Shown here piece after piece: positions 50,890-59,890 of a stretch of 64,000 nucleotides of DNA. Position 1 is the stretch's first letter; every line of letters starts with the position of its first letter. The notes beneath the pieces are model-generated. The model was not told where the DNA came from. It searched no databases and saw nothing but the letters and a program-made list of their open reading frames with translations. The stretch is taken from the IMG/VR virus record IMGVR_UViG_3300007708_000003, positions 34,361 to 98,360 of that record. One strand, written 5' to 3'. The DNA is from a virus. The translations under genes were made by a program, and so were the position numbers.

Positions 50890-53625
50890 CTATGACTGTT
50901 TTTTGTCATATTTGTTTTTATTCATTGCTGCAACTTGCACTTGTTTATTAGCAATTGTTTCACGTACTTGTAATTCTTTATTTTTTAAAGAATTCTTTTC
51001 TTGATCATTTATTTGCTGATTAACTTCACGTGTTCTAGCTAATGATTGGTCAACTTGTTTTGCATTTTTCTTATCAAGATATTCTAATGTATCAATATAA
51101 TCTGATTGTTCATTAGCATTAATATCTTGTGTTGCAGTATTAACAGATGCTCTAACTTCAGCAACACGCTCATTAGATTCTCTATTAAGTTGATTTTGTT
51201 CAGCTGTAAATTTCTGTTGAGATTCTAATCTTTCAGCAGCAGCTTGATCTTGCATTTGAATTTCTTGTTGTCTAGCTTGTTGTTCTTGTTGACGTTGAGC
51301 ATTAACTTTTTCTTCAATGTTTTTAAGAGTATGATCAATTTCAGCAAGTGAGTCAGCTTTGATAAGATTACCTAAATCATATATTGATGCTCCAGCAGTA
51401 TTGTTAGATAATGCTAAAGATCTAATTTGTTCTGTAATTTGTTTTTGATTTACTTTTGTAGATGTAAATATATTTAGTTCTCTTGCTAATAAATCTGTAC
51501 CATTGATTTCAAAATTTATCTTTTCATCTAAAGATGTTATATACTGTAACCTTATACTAGGTTTTGTACTATGATAATATTGTGCAAGATCTGTACGCAT
51601 TTGATGTACTCTAGGCATTAGATATTCTGAATGATTTACAAAATACATTTCTGTTTGTGAATAACTCATGTTTATAGCTTGCTCTATACCTGTAGCAGTT
51701 TCTTGTGCATTTACTGCACCCATACGTTGAGGTGTAAGACCAATAACTTCAAATGCTTGTTGTTTAAAATAATTAGATAATTGTATTCTAGACATTAATC
51801 TTTGAGTTTGTTCAAGATTAAGTACTTGATAATGTTGAAAGTTTAATCCATTTTCAGTATTTGTAATAGATGTATCTAAAGGTAACATTTGAAAATCTTT
51901 CATTGCTACATATGCTTTAGCTAAATTGTTTTTACCCCAGTCTTCACCCATTGAGTGACGTGGTAATGCATTCTGATCAAGCATAATAACTGTACCTAAT
52001 TCATCTACTAAGATGTCTGCAATCTGATTGTTAGTAAGATTATATCCAATTTGGAATGGTTTCATCTTATCTACTAGCGCGCGCGAGCGTGAATTTCTAT
52101 CATGAAATACAGAACCTTCAACAGGTAACTTACAACCATATAAACTATTATCACCTTTAAACTGAAACTTTAATGGATGACAATTTAGATACAAAGGTTT
52201 GAATCCCATGTTATCATTGTTACCATAGAATGATGGTCTATTAGGACCTATCTTTACACCACCCCATACTTGGTTAATCCATATCCAATCAATATGATCT
52301 CCAAATATAAGTGTATCTTTTGTTTTACCTTTTATAACAGAGTTGTCGTATATAGGCTTTTCTGTTACTTTAAAATTTTCATCTACAATCATTTGATGCA
52401 TAATTCCTTCATCATCTATTCTTGTAAGATGTCCTAACATTCTTTGAGATTTCCAGTATGCTGTAGTAACACGTAATAAAGAGTAATTACTAAAGTCCAT
52501 TAAATCTTCAGACTCATTTAATATTCTATATATAATGTCATCTCCAGTATTAAGTACTGCATCTTTGTGTGCTAAAAATTGACGCATACCTAATGATGGA
52601 CCTTCAACATTCCAATCATGTGATCTTGTAGAGTCATAAAATGAACCATCATTTTGTACACCTGGCAATGCATATCCTGCAGATTTAACAGGGTATATAG
52701 CTTCTAACTGTTGCATTTGATCTTTGGTCATCATGTATCCATATCTATCTATGATGTCTGATATGGTCATTAAGTCTACTCTTCCTACCCAGTTAGATTG
52801 TGATATATATCTTGCTTCAGGTGATTTATGATAGAATGTAAGAACAGGGTTCCATATCTCAATATCATAATCATCTTCATTTAATTTAAAATGCCAGAAC
52901 TCTCTATCAGTAATAAGCATATCTCTGAAAGCCATATTCTCTAATTCTTTCATATAGAATCTTTCAGTATCTACTGAATGCTGATGTGTTGCCCATTGTT
53001 CTACCATAGATCTATAATCTTTTTTAAAGAATTGTTCTATTTCTGGTAGTGTTTTAATACTGTCTGGTGACATCATTTGTTGAGCTTGTTGAGCTTGCTC
53101 TTGATTGTTTGGATCTAATCCCATTTTAGAGATGTTCTCTTGCATTTTTTGTTCACCATATGCCATAAGAGTTTCTTCAATCATTCCTCTTTTAGCATCA
53201 AGCATTTCATTAAAAGAAGTATCATCTACAGCTCTGTATGTAATCTTATCATTTCTTTTAGCAAACTCTCCTGTAAGAACATTAATAACATTAGGTATAA
53301 TAGGAAAGAATTTTAACTCAAATGCAGATAAATCTTCTTGAGTAAGTGTATCTATTAAATCAGCATACTCATTATTTTCTTCAACAATATAATCTGTTTT
53401 GTCTATAATACCATTGGCTAACTTATAATTTTTTAATAAACGTCTTGCATTACGTCTTATTTGTTTTAGACCTTGCATTTCTAACCAATCTAGATTCCAT
53501 GCTGCCCATTGCTCATTTTTTTGTGAAGCAAGCAAAAACTGAATAGGCTGAGTAAGTGTACCCATTCTATTATATTCTGTAGTAGCACCTCCTTTAAGTT
53601 GAAGAGCATTATATAATTTTGGCAT
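50890..53625 (-). CDS. Portal protein (911 aa)
   Basis: FPIIPNVINVLTGE, SLVDKMKPFQ-like and IGLTPQRMG motifs; C-terminal coiled coil; follows terL. Confidence 0.85.
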   Translation of the reverse strand: MPKLYNALQLKGGATTEYNRMGTLTQPIQFLLASQKNEQWAAWNLDWLEMQGLKQIRRNARRLLKNYKLANGIIDKTDYIVEENNEYADLIDTLTQEDLSAFELKFFPIIPNVINVLTGEFAKRNDKITYRAVDDTSFNEMLDAKRGMIEETLMAYGEQKMQENISKMGLDPNNQEQAQQAQQMMSPDSIKTLPEIEQFFKKDYRSMVEQWATHQHSVDTERFYMKELENMAFRDMLITDREFWHFKLNEDDYDIEIWNPVLTFYHKSPEARYISQSNWVGRVDLMTISDIIDRYGYMMTKDQMQQLEAIYPVKSAGYALPGVQNDGSFYDSTRSHDWNVEGPSLGMRQFLAHKDAVLNTGDDIIYRILNESEDLMDFSNYSLLRVTTAYWKSQRMLGHLTRIDDEGIMHQMIVDENFKVTEKPIYDNSVIKGKTKDTLIFGDHIDWIWINQVWGGVKIGPNRPSFYGNNDNMGFKPLYLNCHPLKFQFKGDNSLYGCKLPVEGSVFHDRNSRSRALVDKMKPFQIGYNLTNNQIADILVDELGTVIMLDQNALPRHSMGEDWGKNNLAKAYVAMKDFQMLPLDTSITNTENGLNFQHYQVLNLEQTQRLMSRIQLSNYFKQQAFEVIGLTPQRMGAVNAQETATGIEQAINMSYSQTEMYFVNHSEYLMPRVHQMRTDLAQYYHSTKPSIRLQYITSLDEKINFEINGTDLLARELNIFTSTKVNQKQITEQIRSLALSNNTAGASIYDLGNLIKADSLAEIDHTLKNIEEKVNAQRQQEQQARQQEIQMQDQAAAERLESQQKFTAEQNQLNRESNERVAEVRASVNTATQDINANEQSDYIDTLEYLDKKNAKQVDQSLARTREVNQQINDQEKNSLKNKELQVRETIANKQVQVAAMNKNKYDKKQS

Positions 53626-53633
53626 GTTGTATG

Positions 53634-55835
53634 TTATTTAAAATTTCTAAATGGATTGCGTGGTTTTGTCATGCCACTATTTACACTTTTATTTTTTCCC
53701 ATATGACGAAAAGGACTCACTTGTAATTTAGCATAATTATTTGACTTTTGCAAATTATCATCTTCTCTTTCAGTACGTTTAGTATATCCTCTATTAGATT
53801 GTTGTACTTGTGCAAATGCTACCATGGCACAAAATGCAACTAATCTATCTACGTTAAGTCCATCTCTATATGCTTGCATTTCTTTTAACAACATTATATC
53901 AGGTATTCTTTCAATACCATATGTTGTTTTTACAATTGTACCATCTGGTTTTGTTTCATGATCTAACTCTTCTTCTATAAATTGCTGTGCATATGATATA
54001 AGATTTGTCTTAAATAATGTACTAACATTTCTCCAACCATATTCTTGAAATACATTTGTATTACTTTGCAATTCTTTTAAGAATAATATTTGACTTTTAG
54101 GTACTAAATACTTTTGCTTTCTTTTTGCAATCATATACTGAATAAATAAAGATATATTATTTTCTACCACTGTCCAGGCATTATACCATTCTATAATAAG
54201 TTCTAGTCTTTCATGTGTTTTGTTAAGGTCATCAAACCTACCACACCATGCTGCAACAATTTTATCTCTTTCTACATATGAATCTATTGTACCATCAGCT
54301 TTATGTTTGGTAATTTCTTGTGATGTCTTGTATACAAATATGGAACACAATGAGTCTGAGGTAGTTGTCTTTCCTTCTGCAACAGGGTCAATAGATGCAT
54401 AGTACATCCCAAAGGTTATATCTTTTGCAGGTCTTTCCCATACAACAAGAACTCCTTCTTTATTTTCTGTTTTTGCAGATATAGGAAATTCAGATATAGG
54501 AATTTTTTTAGATTCTTTTGCTGTGATTGTATTATTTTCATCTCTTGATAATTCTAAAAATTCTTTATAGTATGTACCATCTTCTATTCTTCTAATTTGT
54601 GATACAACTAATGCAGGATTAAACTTGGGAGCTTTTCTACTTGTAAATGCTTCTTCTATAGTTATAGGATGCTGAGATATACGCAATTGATAATCATCAG
54701 GTTTAAGATCTCTCTTCCATTGTATTCTTTCTTCTTTGATCATTTCTAATGCTTTCTCTACTAGAGAGTTACCATAGTTATCTATACATGGTATCATTGA
54801 CCATTGCTGAGGTATAAACAATCCACACTGACCTTTAGTACCTTTATCATCTAACAAGTCAGTTTCAACAGCAAGAATGTCTTTACTGTTTGGCATCATT
54901 AACATTTCTCTTAAAGGTTCACATTGATCTAAATCTCCAACAGAACCAGCAACAACAAATTGTCCAGTATATACCATACCAGACTTCATTGCAGGAAGTA
55001 AGTATTCTAATGTTTGATTCATTTTAGGGGCAATACCTGCCTCCTCATGAAAGAAAAAAGTACAAGGACCTCCTACACCATTTGTAGGATCTTTGTCTAA
55101 TATAAGTCCTAATAATACAGATTTTAAACCTATATCTCTTTTTCTACCAGATTGATTTATTTCAATCTTTTGTTCCCAGTTAAATATCTTATCTGGAGTA
55201 CATGGTCTATACCATGCAGTATAAGTATTAAGAAAGTTTCTGTATTCTTCAAGAAAACGCCATGTACCTTTTTCTCCAATATAGTCTTTTAAAGATCCTG
55301 CCATTTTATTTATAGAACCTTCTTCAAACCAAAAGTAATTTATCATTTTTCCTGCATGATAATAACTAGATGCTATCTGACGTTTCTTTAATATAAGTGC
55401 ATGTTTAGAACTATGTCTACCAATTTCTTCATATAGTGCCATATGATACTGTGCATCTCTGACACTAGCAAATCCAAACTTAGATATTTCTTTGTTATAT
55501 ATAGGAAGAAAGTTTAACCACATGTAATAGTCTCTTGAAAGATACCATCTGTTTTTTTTGTTCTTATATATTACACCATTTCTACATTTATCTTTTTCAG
55601 TATCCCAATAAGTAATATAATCTTTTGAACGCATTGGAGCATAGCAATACACTTTGTTATTTTTTTCAAAGTTTGTTGCTTGTTCATTAAACTTTTGTGA
55701 TGTTTCATCAAACTCATATTTACCTGGTTCCTTAAATAAAGACCACATAAACTTTACAAATTCTTCTCTTGTTTCAAAATCTGTGTGTGACCATACATCA
55801 GTTGTATCATCATATGTTGGTACAGATATATACAT
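53634..55835 (-). CDS. terL: Terminase large subunit (733 aa)
   Basis: LKKRQIASSY Walker A variant, FFHEEAG Walker B, YASIDPV nuclease motif, NVDRLVA. Confidence 0.9.
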   Translation of the reverse strand: MYISVPTYDDTTDVWSHTDFETREEFVKFMWSLFKEPGKYEFDETSQKFNEQATNFEKNNKVYCYAPMRSKDYITYWDTEKDKCRNGVIYKNKKNRWYLSRDYYMWLNFLPIYNKEISKFGFASVRDAQYHMALYEEIGRHSSKHALILKKRQIASSYYHAGKMINYFWFEEGSINKMAGSLKDYIGEKGTWRFLEEYRNFLNTYTAWYRPCTPDKIFNWEQKIEINQSGRKRDIGLKSVLLGLILDKDPTNGVGGPCTFFFHEEAGIAPKMNQTLEYLLPAMKSGMVYTGQFVVAGSVGDLDQCEPLREMLMMPNSKDILAVETDLLDDKGTKGQCGLFIPQQWSMIPCIDNYGNSLVEKALEMIKEERIQWKRDLKPDDYQLRISQHPITIEEAFTSRKAPKFNPALVVSQIRRIEDGTYYKEFLELSRDENNTITAKESKKIPISEFPISAKTENKEGVLVVWERPAKDITFGMYYASIDPVAEGKTTTSDSLCSIFVYKTSQEITKHKADGTIDSYVERDKIVAAWCGRFDDLNKTHERLELIIEWYNAWTVVENNISLFIQYMIAKRKQKYLVPKSQILFLKELQSNTNVFQEYGWRNVSTLFKTNLISYAQQFIEEELDHETKPDGTIVKTTYGIERIPDIMLLKEMQAYRDGLNVDRLVAFCAMVAFAQVQQSNRGYTKRTEREDDNLQKSNNYAKLQVSPFRHMGKNKSVNSGMTKPRNPFRNFK

Positions 55836-55837
55836 TC

Positions 55838-56029
55838 TTATGATTTATTTGGAAATTCAAAATCAAAAAGTTGTATCAATAGACTTTCAAAAGATGGGTC
55901 TCTATATATTCTATGTGTAGATTTAGCACCATTCCAATAAGCTGAATGATCTTCTCTATGAAAAGCTGTCCAAACTTCTTCATTGTGGTTATAATGAAAT
56001 AACCAGTTATATAATTGTTCTTTTTCCAT
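55838..56029 (-). CDS. Hypothetical protein (63 aa)
   Basis: ORF track; tight operon packing. Confidence 0.6.
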   Translation of the reverse strand: MEKEQLYNWLFHYNHNEEVWTAFHREDHSAYWNGAKSTHRIYRDPSFESLLIQLFDFEFPNKS

Positions 56030-56034
56030 AATGT

Positions 56035-56550
56035 TTACATTTGATCGTATCCTAAGTTTTGTCCTCCTCTTACAGAGCTTTTTTGTTCTTCCATTAAATC
56101 TTTATATGCTCCTCTAAATGAGAGTCTTATAGGTTCAAATTTTGCTGCAGCGTTTACAATTGCAGTTATGTTTCCATCTCTACCATCTGTTATTTCACTA
56201 TTTTCCATATATGAAGCTAACTTATCTAACATAGTTTTGATACCCATGTATGCACGAAACGTAGGAGTTTGGTAAAGCTTTTCACAAAATTTTCTAGCAG
56301 TAATGATAGTGTCATCCTCCAAACTAAAATTAACAGTAAGCTGCGAAAGTATAAGTTCTTCTTTTTCATGTTCTAGTGTATCAAAGTATGGGTTTAAATC
56401 TGGGTTAGGGCAGGTCATATAAAATAAATACGCGTATACATTATGATAATCTTCAGGATATTCATCCATGATAGTCCTTAAATCTCTTAATGTATAACAA
56501 TGTTCTGATGGTACAACTTGTCCATTATTTATATCAAATAATTTAATCAT
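56035..56550 (-). CDS. Conserved hypothetical protein upstream of terL, possibly the terminase small subunit (171 aa)
   Basis: Position, helical content and C-terminal SVRGG; function is inference. Confidence 0.45.
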   Translation of the reverse strand: MIKLFDINNGQVVPSEHCYTLRDLRTIMDEYPEDYHNVYAYLFYMTCPNPDLNPYFDTLEHEKEELILSQLTVNFSLEDDTIITARKFCEKLYQTPTFRAYMGIKTMLDKLASYMENSEITDGRDGNITAIVNAAAKFEPIRLSFRGAYKDLMEEQKSSVRGGQNLGYDQM

Positions 56551-57395
56551 TATTTCTTTTTTACTTTATCTTTATTGCTTTCATACCATTTAAGTACAGA
56601 CATGACTTCACTTTTAAGATAAGGCATTTCATATACTTCTATATCTCTAATTATAGGTTCTCCTTCATCGGATAGTTTTGTTATAGGATATTCAAACTCA
56701 TCTGTTTGTTCTTCTTCTTCAAAACTAATATGATGAATAATAAGCTTACCTGCTTTTAAATTAGGATTATGCTTCAATATAATATACATATAAATACTTA
56801 ATTGTAAATTATAATGATTTAAATTACAGTCATCTAGGTGCGCTAGAGGACCTAACATTTTTTTAGAAATACCCTCCCAATTTACAAAAGAAGTTTTATC
56901 AATCTTTTTATTAGTCTTGTAATCAGTTATATGTACTGTATCATTAACAATCTCAACTAAATCAGATTGTCCACATATACCAGCAGATTTTAAATATACC
57001 ATGTGTTCAGGATATATACCATTAATTAACTTCTGTAAGGGAGCTAACTTTTTACCAGTACCATCTAACAAAGGTTTAATAACTGGAAGTTGTACTTCAT
57101 GTCTTACTATAGTTTCACAACCAATAATATCTTGTTCTCTTTGATCATGATACCAGTTACCTAATGTACATGCTCTATCTGATTCTCTTTTCCAAGCAGC
57201 TTGAATCATTGCTGGTGACATACCTCGCCACTTGTTTGTTTTCTTTTGATTTTGAGAACATTTAAGTGCAATTGCTTCAGAATCAAATGGTTGCTTTAAA
57301 GCACCAAGTAATGTTGTTACTGATACCCATTTAGTTTTATCTTCTGGATCTATTGATGCATAAGAATGTGTTTGTGCTTCAAATACTATTGCCAT
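56550..57395 (-). CDS. PD-(D/E)XK exonuclease-like protein (281 aa)
   Basis: SVTTLL, G..H, GQSDLV..ITDYKT, YNLQLSIY. Confidence 0.8.
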   Translation of the reverse strand: MAIVFEAQTHSYASIDPEDKTKWVSVTTLLGALKQPFDSEAIALKCSQNQKKTNKWRGMSPAMIQAAWKRESDRACTLGNWYHDQREQDIIGCETIVRHEVQLPVIKPLLDGTGKKLAPLQKLINGIYPEHMVYLKSAGICGQSDLVEIVNDTVHITDYKTNKKIDKTSFVNWEGISKKMLGPLAHLDDCNLNHYNLQLSIYMYIILKHNPNLKAGKLIIHHISFEEEEQTDEFEYPITKLSDEGEPIIRDIEVYEMPYLKSEVMSVLKWYESNKDKVKKK

Positions 57396-57397
57396 AA

Positions 57398-57709
57398 TTA
57401 AACAGTATTTAATTGTTGGTTTACAATTGCTTCTTCTTGTTCAGTAAGTTCAGCTTTCCAAAATCCTTTTGGACAATCAGAAGATAAAGATCTTGTCTTT
57501 AACTTTAAAGAACATCCACATTCTCCACAACAAGGTTGTGTTCCAGGTACTGCACATTTTGCACCAGTAGTATCTATAAATTCACAAGACCTGCATATCT
57601 CATTTCTAAAAAATGCAATGTCTTCTACATGTTTGGTTTTGAAGATGTTGTTCTTTACACCTTCTGCAATCTTGTTGCGTTCTTTCCAAATTCTAATCAA
57701 GTTTCCCAT
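57398..57709 (-). CDS. Cys-rich Zn-binding protein (103 aa)
   Basis: ICRSC..CGECGCSLKLKTRS..CPKGFW. Confidence 0.65.
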   Translation of the reverse strand: MGNLIRIWKERNKIAEGVKNNIFKTKHVEDIAFFRNEICRSCEFIDTTGAKCAVPGTQPCCGECGCSLKLKTRSLSSDCPKGFWKAELTEQEEAIVNQQLNTV

Positions 57710-58085
57710 CTTTGTATATTTGTTTTTTAAGTTTGACTTCTTGTTTTCTTTCTTCTTCTTGCTGCATTCTTTCTTGCAGTTTTGTAAGTTGTTCTATATC
57801 AGCACGTTTCTTTATAATTAACTCATAAGTGTGTACTGTTATATGTTCATCTTTTTCAATTTTATTTACAAAGTTCTGATGTTTTGTTATCATCTCTACT
57901 AGAGATTTCTTTTTAACCACAAAAGTTCCCAATCTAGGAACTGATATATAAGGATGATCTGCAAGAGATAGTTTTTTTTGTAATGTCAAATAATAATATG
58001 AAACAATATCATCTATTACATCAACTGAAAGATTCAAATCTTTTGCAGTCAACTCTACTATACTTTTACGCTTTATTGGATTCAA
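57693..58085 (-). CDS. HU/IHF-like DNA-binding protein (130 aa)
   Basis: Two N-terminal helices followed by ISVPRLGTFVVK. Confidence 0.65.
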   Translation of the reverse strand: MNPIKRKSIVELTAKDLNLSVDVIDDIVSYYYLTLQKKLSLADHPYISVPRLGTFVVKKKSLVEMITKHQNFVNKIEKDEHITVHTYELIIKKRADIEQLTKLQERMQQEEERKQEVKLKKQIYKDGKLD

Positions 58086-58461
58086 CTGCTAAATAATTAT
58101 AGTCTAACAATATGTTACCTTTAGATTGTATATCAATATTAGGATTAAGTACAATTACTTTTCTACCTGATTTAGATTTTACAATAATGTTTCTTTTTTC
58201 TAATTTAACAATTCTATTTCTAATGTTCTGCGCGCGCGTAGATAACTCTTCAGGTGCAACATCAGGATAGATTATCTTTGCAGAAGCAAGACAAAATTTA
58301 CCTAACTCAATAGGTCCCCATATAACAAGAAGTGTAAGTATCTCTAAATCAGAAGGTATAAGATATTCCTTTCTGAAAAAAGATATTTCTGTTATAAGTT
58401 GATACTTAACTATATCTTGTGTAGATAATCTTAGTTTTTTATTTATTTTTTTTACTTCCAT
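58066..58461 (-). CDS. Winged-helix-like DNA-binding protein (131 aa)
   Basis: QNIRNRIVKLEKRNIIVK..VIVLNP recognition helix plus wing pattern. Confidence 0.45.
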   Translation of the reverse strand: MEVKKINKKLRLSTQDIVKYQLITEISFFRKEYLIPSDLEILTLLVIWGPIELGKFCLASAKIIYPDVAPEELSTRAQNIRNRIVKLEKRNIIVKSKSGRKVIVLNPNIDIQSKGNILLDYNYLAVESNKA

Positions 58462-58528
58462 TTATGTATAAAATGTTGGTTATTTAATGCAAAATGCATG
58501 TTTTTGTATAGAATACTATACATTCTTG

Positions 58529-58886
58529 TGGAGGTGAGGAGAATCGAACTCCTGTCCAAACCATGATCAATAATACAATTTATACAGCTTATAGGTAATC
58601 AACTCAGTTGATGACTCCACCACTCTATTTAATCTAACAGAGAAATCTTTATGGCAATTTTTAAAGTCTTGAGCCAGTGTTTGACTGAATTAATCTAGGC
58701 TGCTACAGCAACTTCTTCTCTAATCAAAGAGAATACTTTGTTCATGTTAGCTTCTACTTGTGCGTTGTCTCCTAGAGATACTACACCAATTGTGTTTTTG
58801 CCATTTATTATATTCACCTTAGTTTACAGTTATCTCTCTGGCTGATTGTATTACTTACTAATGACCTGTCAAAACCAGTCACCCCC
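58529..58886 (-). ncRNA. ssrA: tmRNA (transfer-messenger RNA)
   Basis: 5' GGGGGTGACTGGTTTTGACAGG and 3' GGACAGGAGTTCGATTCTCCTCACCTCCA; 7-bp acceptor with G3.U alanine determinant; T-arm; internal tag ORF ending VAVAA-TAG; 358 nt; CCA not encoded. Confidence 0.93.
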
Positions 58887-58890
58887 AGTA

Positions 58891-59085
58891 TTATTTTCTA
58901 TCTAATGATACGTTTTTACAAAATCTTATTTCTTTATTGTTCAATGTCCAAATCTCACCATCATCCATTGCACATGTAAATAATAAGTCATGTTCTTGAC
59001 TATAATCAATAACTAAAAAAGCATAACCTTCCATATTATCAGATACTCTTTTAATAGGTATCATTGGTTCTAATTGTAACATCAT
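58891..59085 (-). CDS. Small phage hypothetical protein (64 aa)
   Basis: MMLQLEPMIP..LVIDYSQEHDLLF..GEIWT; start moved from 59148 because that start lies inside the tRNA. Confidence 0.7.
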   Translation of the reverse strand: MMLQLEPMIPIKRVSDNMEGYAFLVIDYSQEHDLLFTCAMDDGEIWTLNNKEIRFCKNVSLDRK

Positions 59086-59099
59086 ACTTTTATCTTTAG

Positions 59100-59170
59100 T
59101 TGCGTGGGAGGGAGTCGAACCCTCAGCTCTGGAATATGAGTCCAGCAAGTTACTATTACTCTACCACACT
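59100..59170 (-). tRNA. tRNA-Met(CAT), initiator-like
   Basis: AGTGTGG/CCACGCA acceptor with 1:72 mismatch, A11:U24 pair, CTGGA-CTCATAT-TCCAG anticodon arm, GAGGG-TTCGACT-CCCTC T-arm. Confidence 0.85.
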
Positions 59171-59175
59171 ATAAA

Positions 59176-59335
59176 ACAGTTGTTTATGGCACAACTGACT
59201 AAGCCTTCAGTAACTTTTGAATACCCCCAGAGTTACAAACTGTGCTAACCTACGATTTAGAGAGCCTCCACGCCAACACTATAAGTGTCTGTAATCTCTG
59301 TCTTCGTTACGTACCAGTGCACTGGCAGAGGTCTT
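59176..59335 (-). ncRNA. Candidate structured RNA between the GroES-like gene and the tRNA
   Basis: GC-richer gap with nested stems CTCTG/CAGAG around CCAGT/ACTGG; GACACT/AGTGTT; GTAACT/AGTTAC; CAGTTGT/ACAACTG. Confidence 0.4.
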
Positions 59336-59336
59336 T

Positions 59337-59633
59337 CTACCAATAGATTGCTATATCACCTTCGTATATCATCATTCTTAAAGCACCATCTACTTCAATA
59401 ATTTCTGATGATTGTAATGCATATGTAGCAACATATACTTTAGCACCTACTACAGTATTAGGATTTGATACATCTGCACCAAGAGCATATATCTCTAAAG
59501 AAGTCCATCTCTTCATATCTTCTGCATCTAACATTGCTTTTGTTTCATCAGATAATTCAATTGCACTTTCTTTTCTTACAGGTTTAGTAATCAATACTCT
59601 CTTTCCTGTCAATTCTTTAAAAGGTGTTGTCAT
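59337..59633 (-). CDS. GroES-like co-chaperonin (98 aa)
   Basis: FKELTGKRVLI, mobile-loop-like ESAIEL, VVGAKVYV, IEVDG..MIYEGDI. Confidence 0.7.
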   Translation of the reverse strand: MTTPFKELTGKRVLITKPVRKESAIELSDETKAMLDAEDMKRWTSLEIYALGADVSNPNTVVGAKVYVATYALQSSEIIEVDGALRMMIYEGDIAIYW

Positions 59634-59635
59634 TA

Positions 59636-59890
59636 TTATTTATTAAAGGTTAATGCTTTTACTACTGCCATTTGTGCTTCTACAATTTTCATTATTGCAT
59701 GATCAATAATCTTACCATGCATAGGAGCAATCTGTTGATTGTCAAAACTGTTAGCTAATGCATCTATCATACCAGAACACATCATCTTAACAGTATCTAC
59801 CTCTGGCATAGATGAAGGGTTGTGACTTACACCAATTATCTGTTGACCAAATGTCAACTCTTGCTTAACTGTTTTTTCTTCTGTACTCAT
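59636..59890 (-). CDS. Acb2/Tad1-like helical-hairpin protein (84 aa)
   Basis: TFGQQIIGVSHNPS..VDTVK..MID..AIMKIVEAQMAVVKALT matches my recollection of this family pattern. Confidence 0.6.
   Translation of the reverse strand: MSTEEKTVKQELTFGQQIIGVSHNPSSMPEVDTVKMMCSGMIDALANSFDNQQIAPMHGKIIDHAIMKIVEAQMAVVKALTFNK

Noticed and set aside
50790-50890. Readthrough of the portal TAG into a ~30-codon open stretch
   Set aside because: The stretch is AT-rich intergenic sequence holding a promoter-like motif and a hairpin; nothing supports translation
47845-55835. Introns or inteins in terL, portal or capsid genes
   Set aside because: ORFs are continuous, of expected size, with no intein splice motifs recognised
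345-57821. Many short plus-strand ORFs (e.g. 6485-6790, 7541-7900, 23311-23730) and nested minus-strand ORFs in the track
   Set aside because: They are antisense or off-frame shadows of long minus-strand genes, with Ser/Phe/Ile-rich composition and no leaders
58891-59148. 85-aa version of the ORF starting at 59148
   Set aside because: The start lies inside tRNA-Met; ATG at 59085 is more plausible
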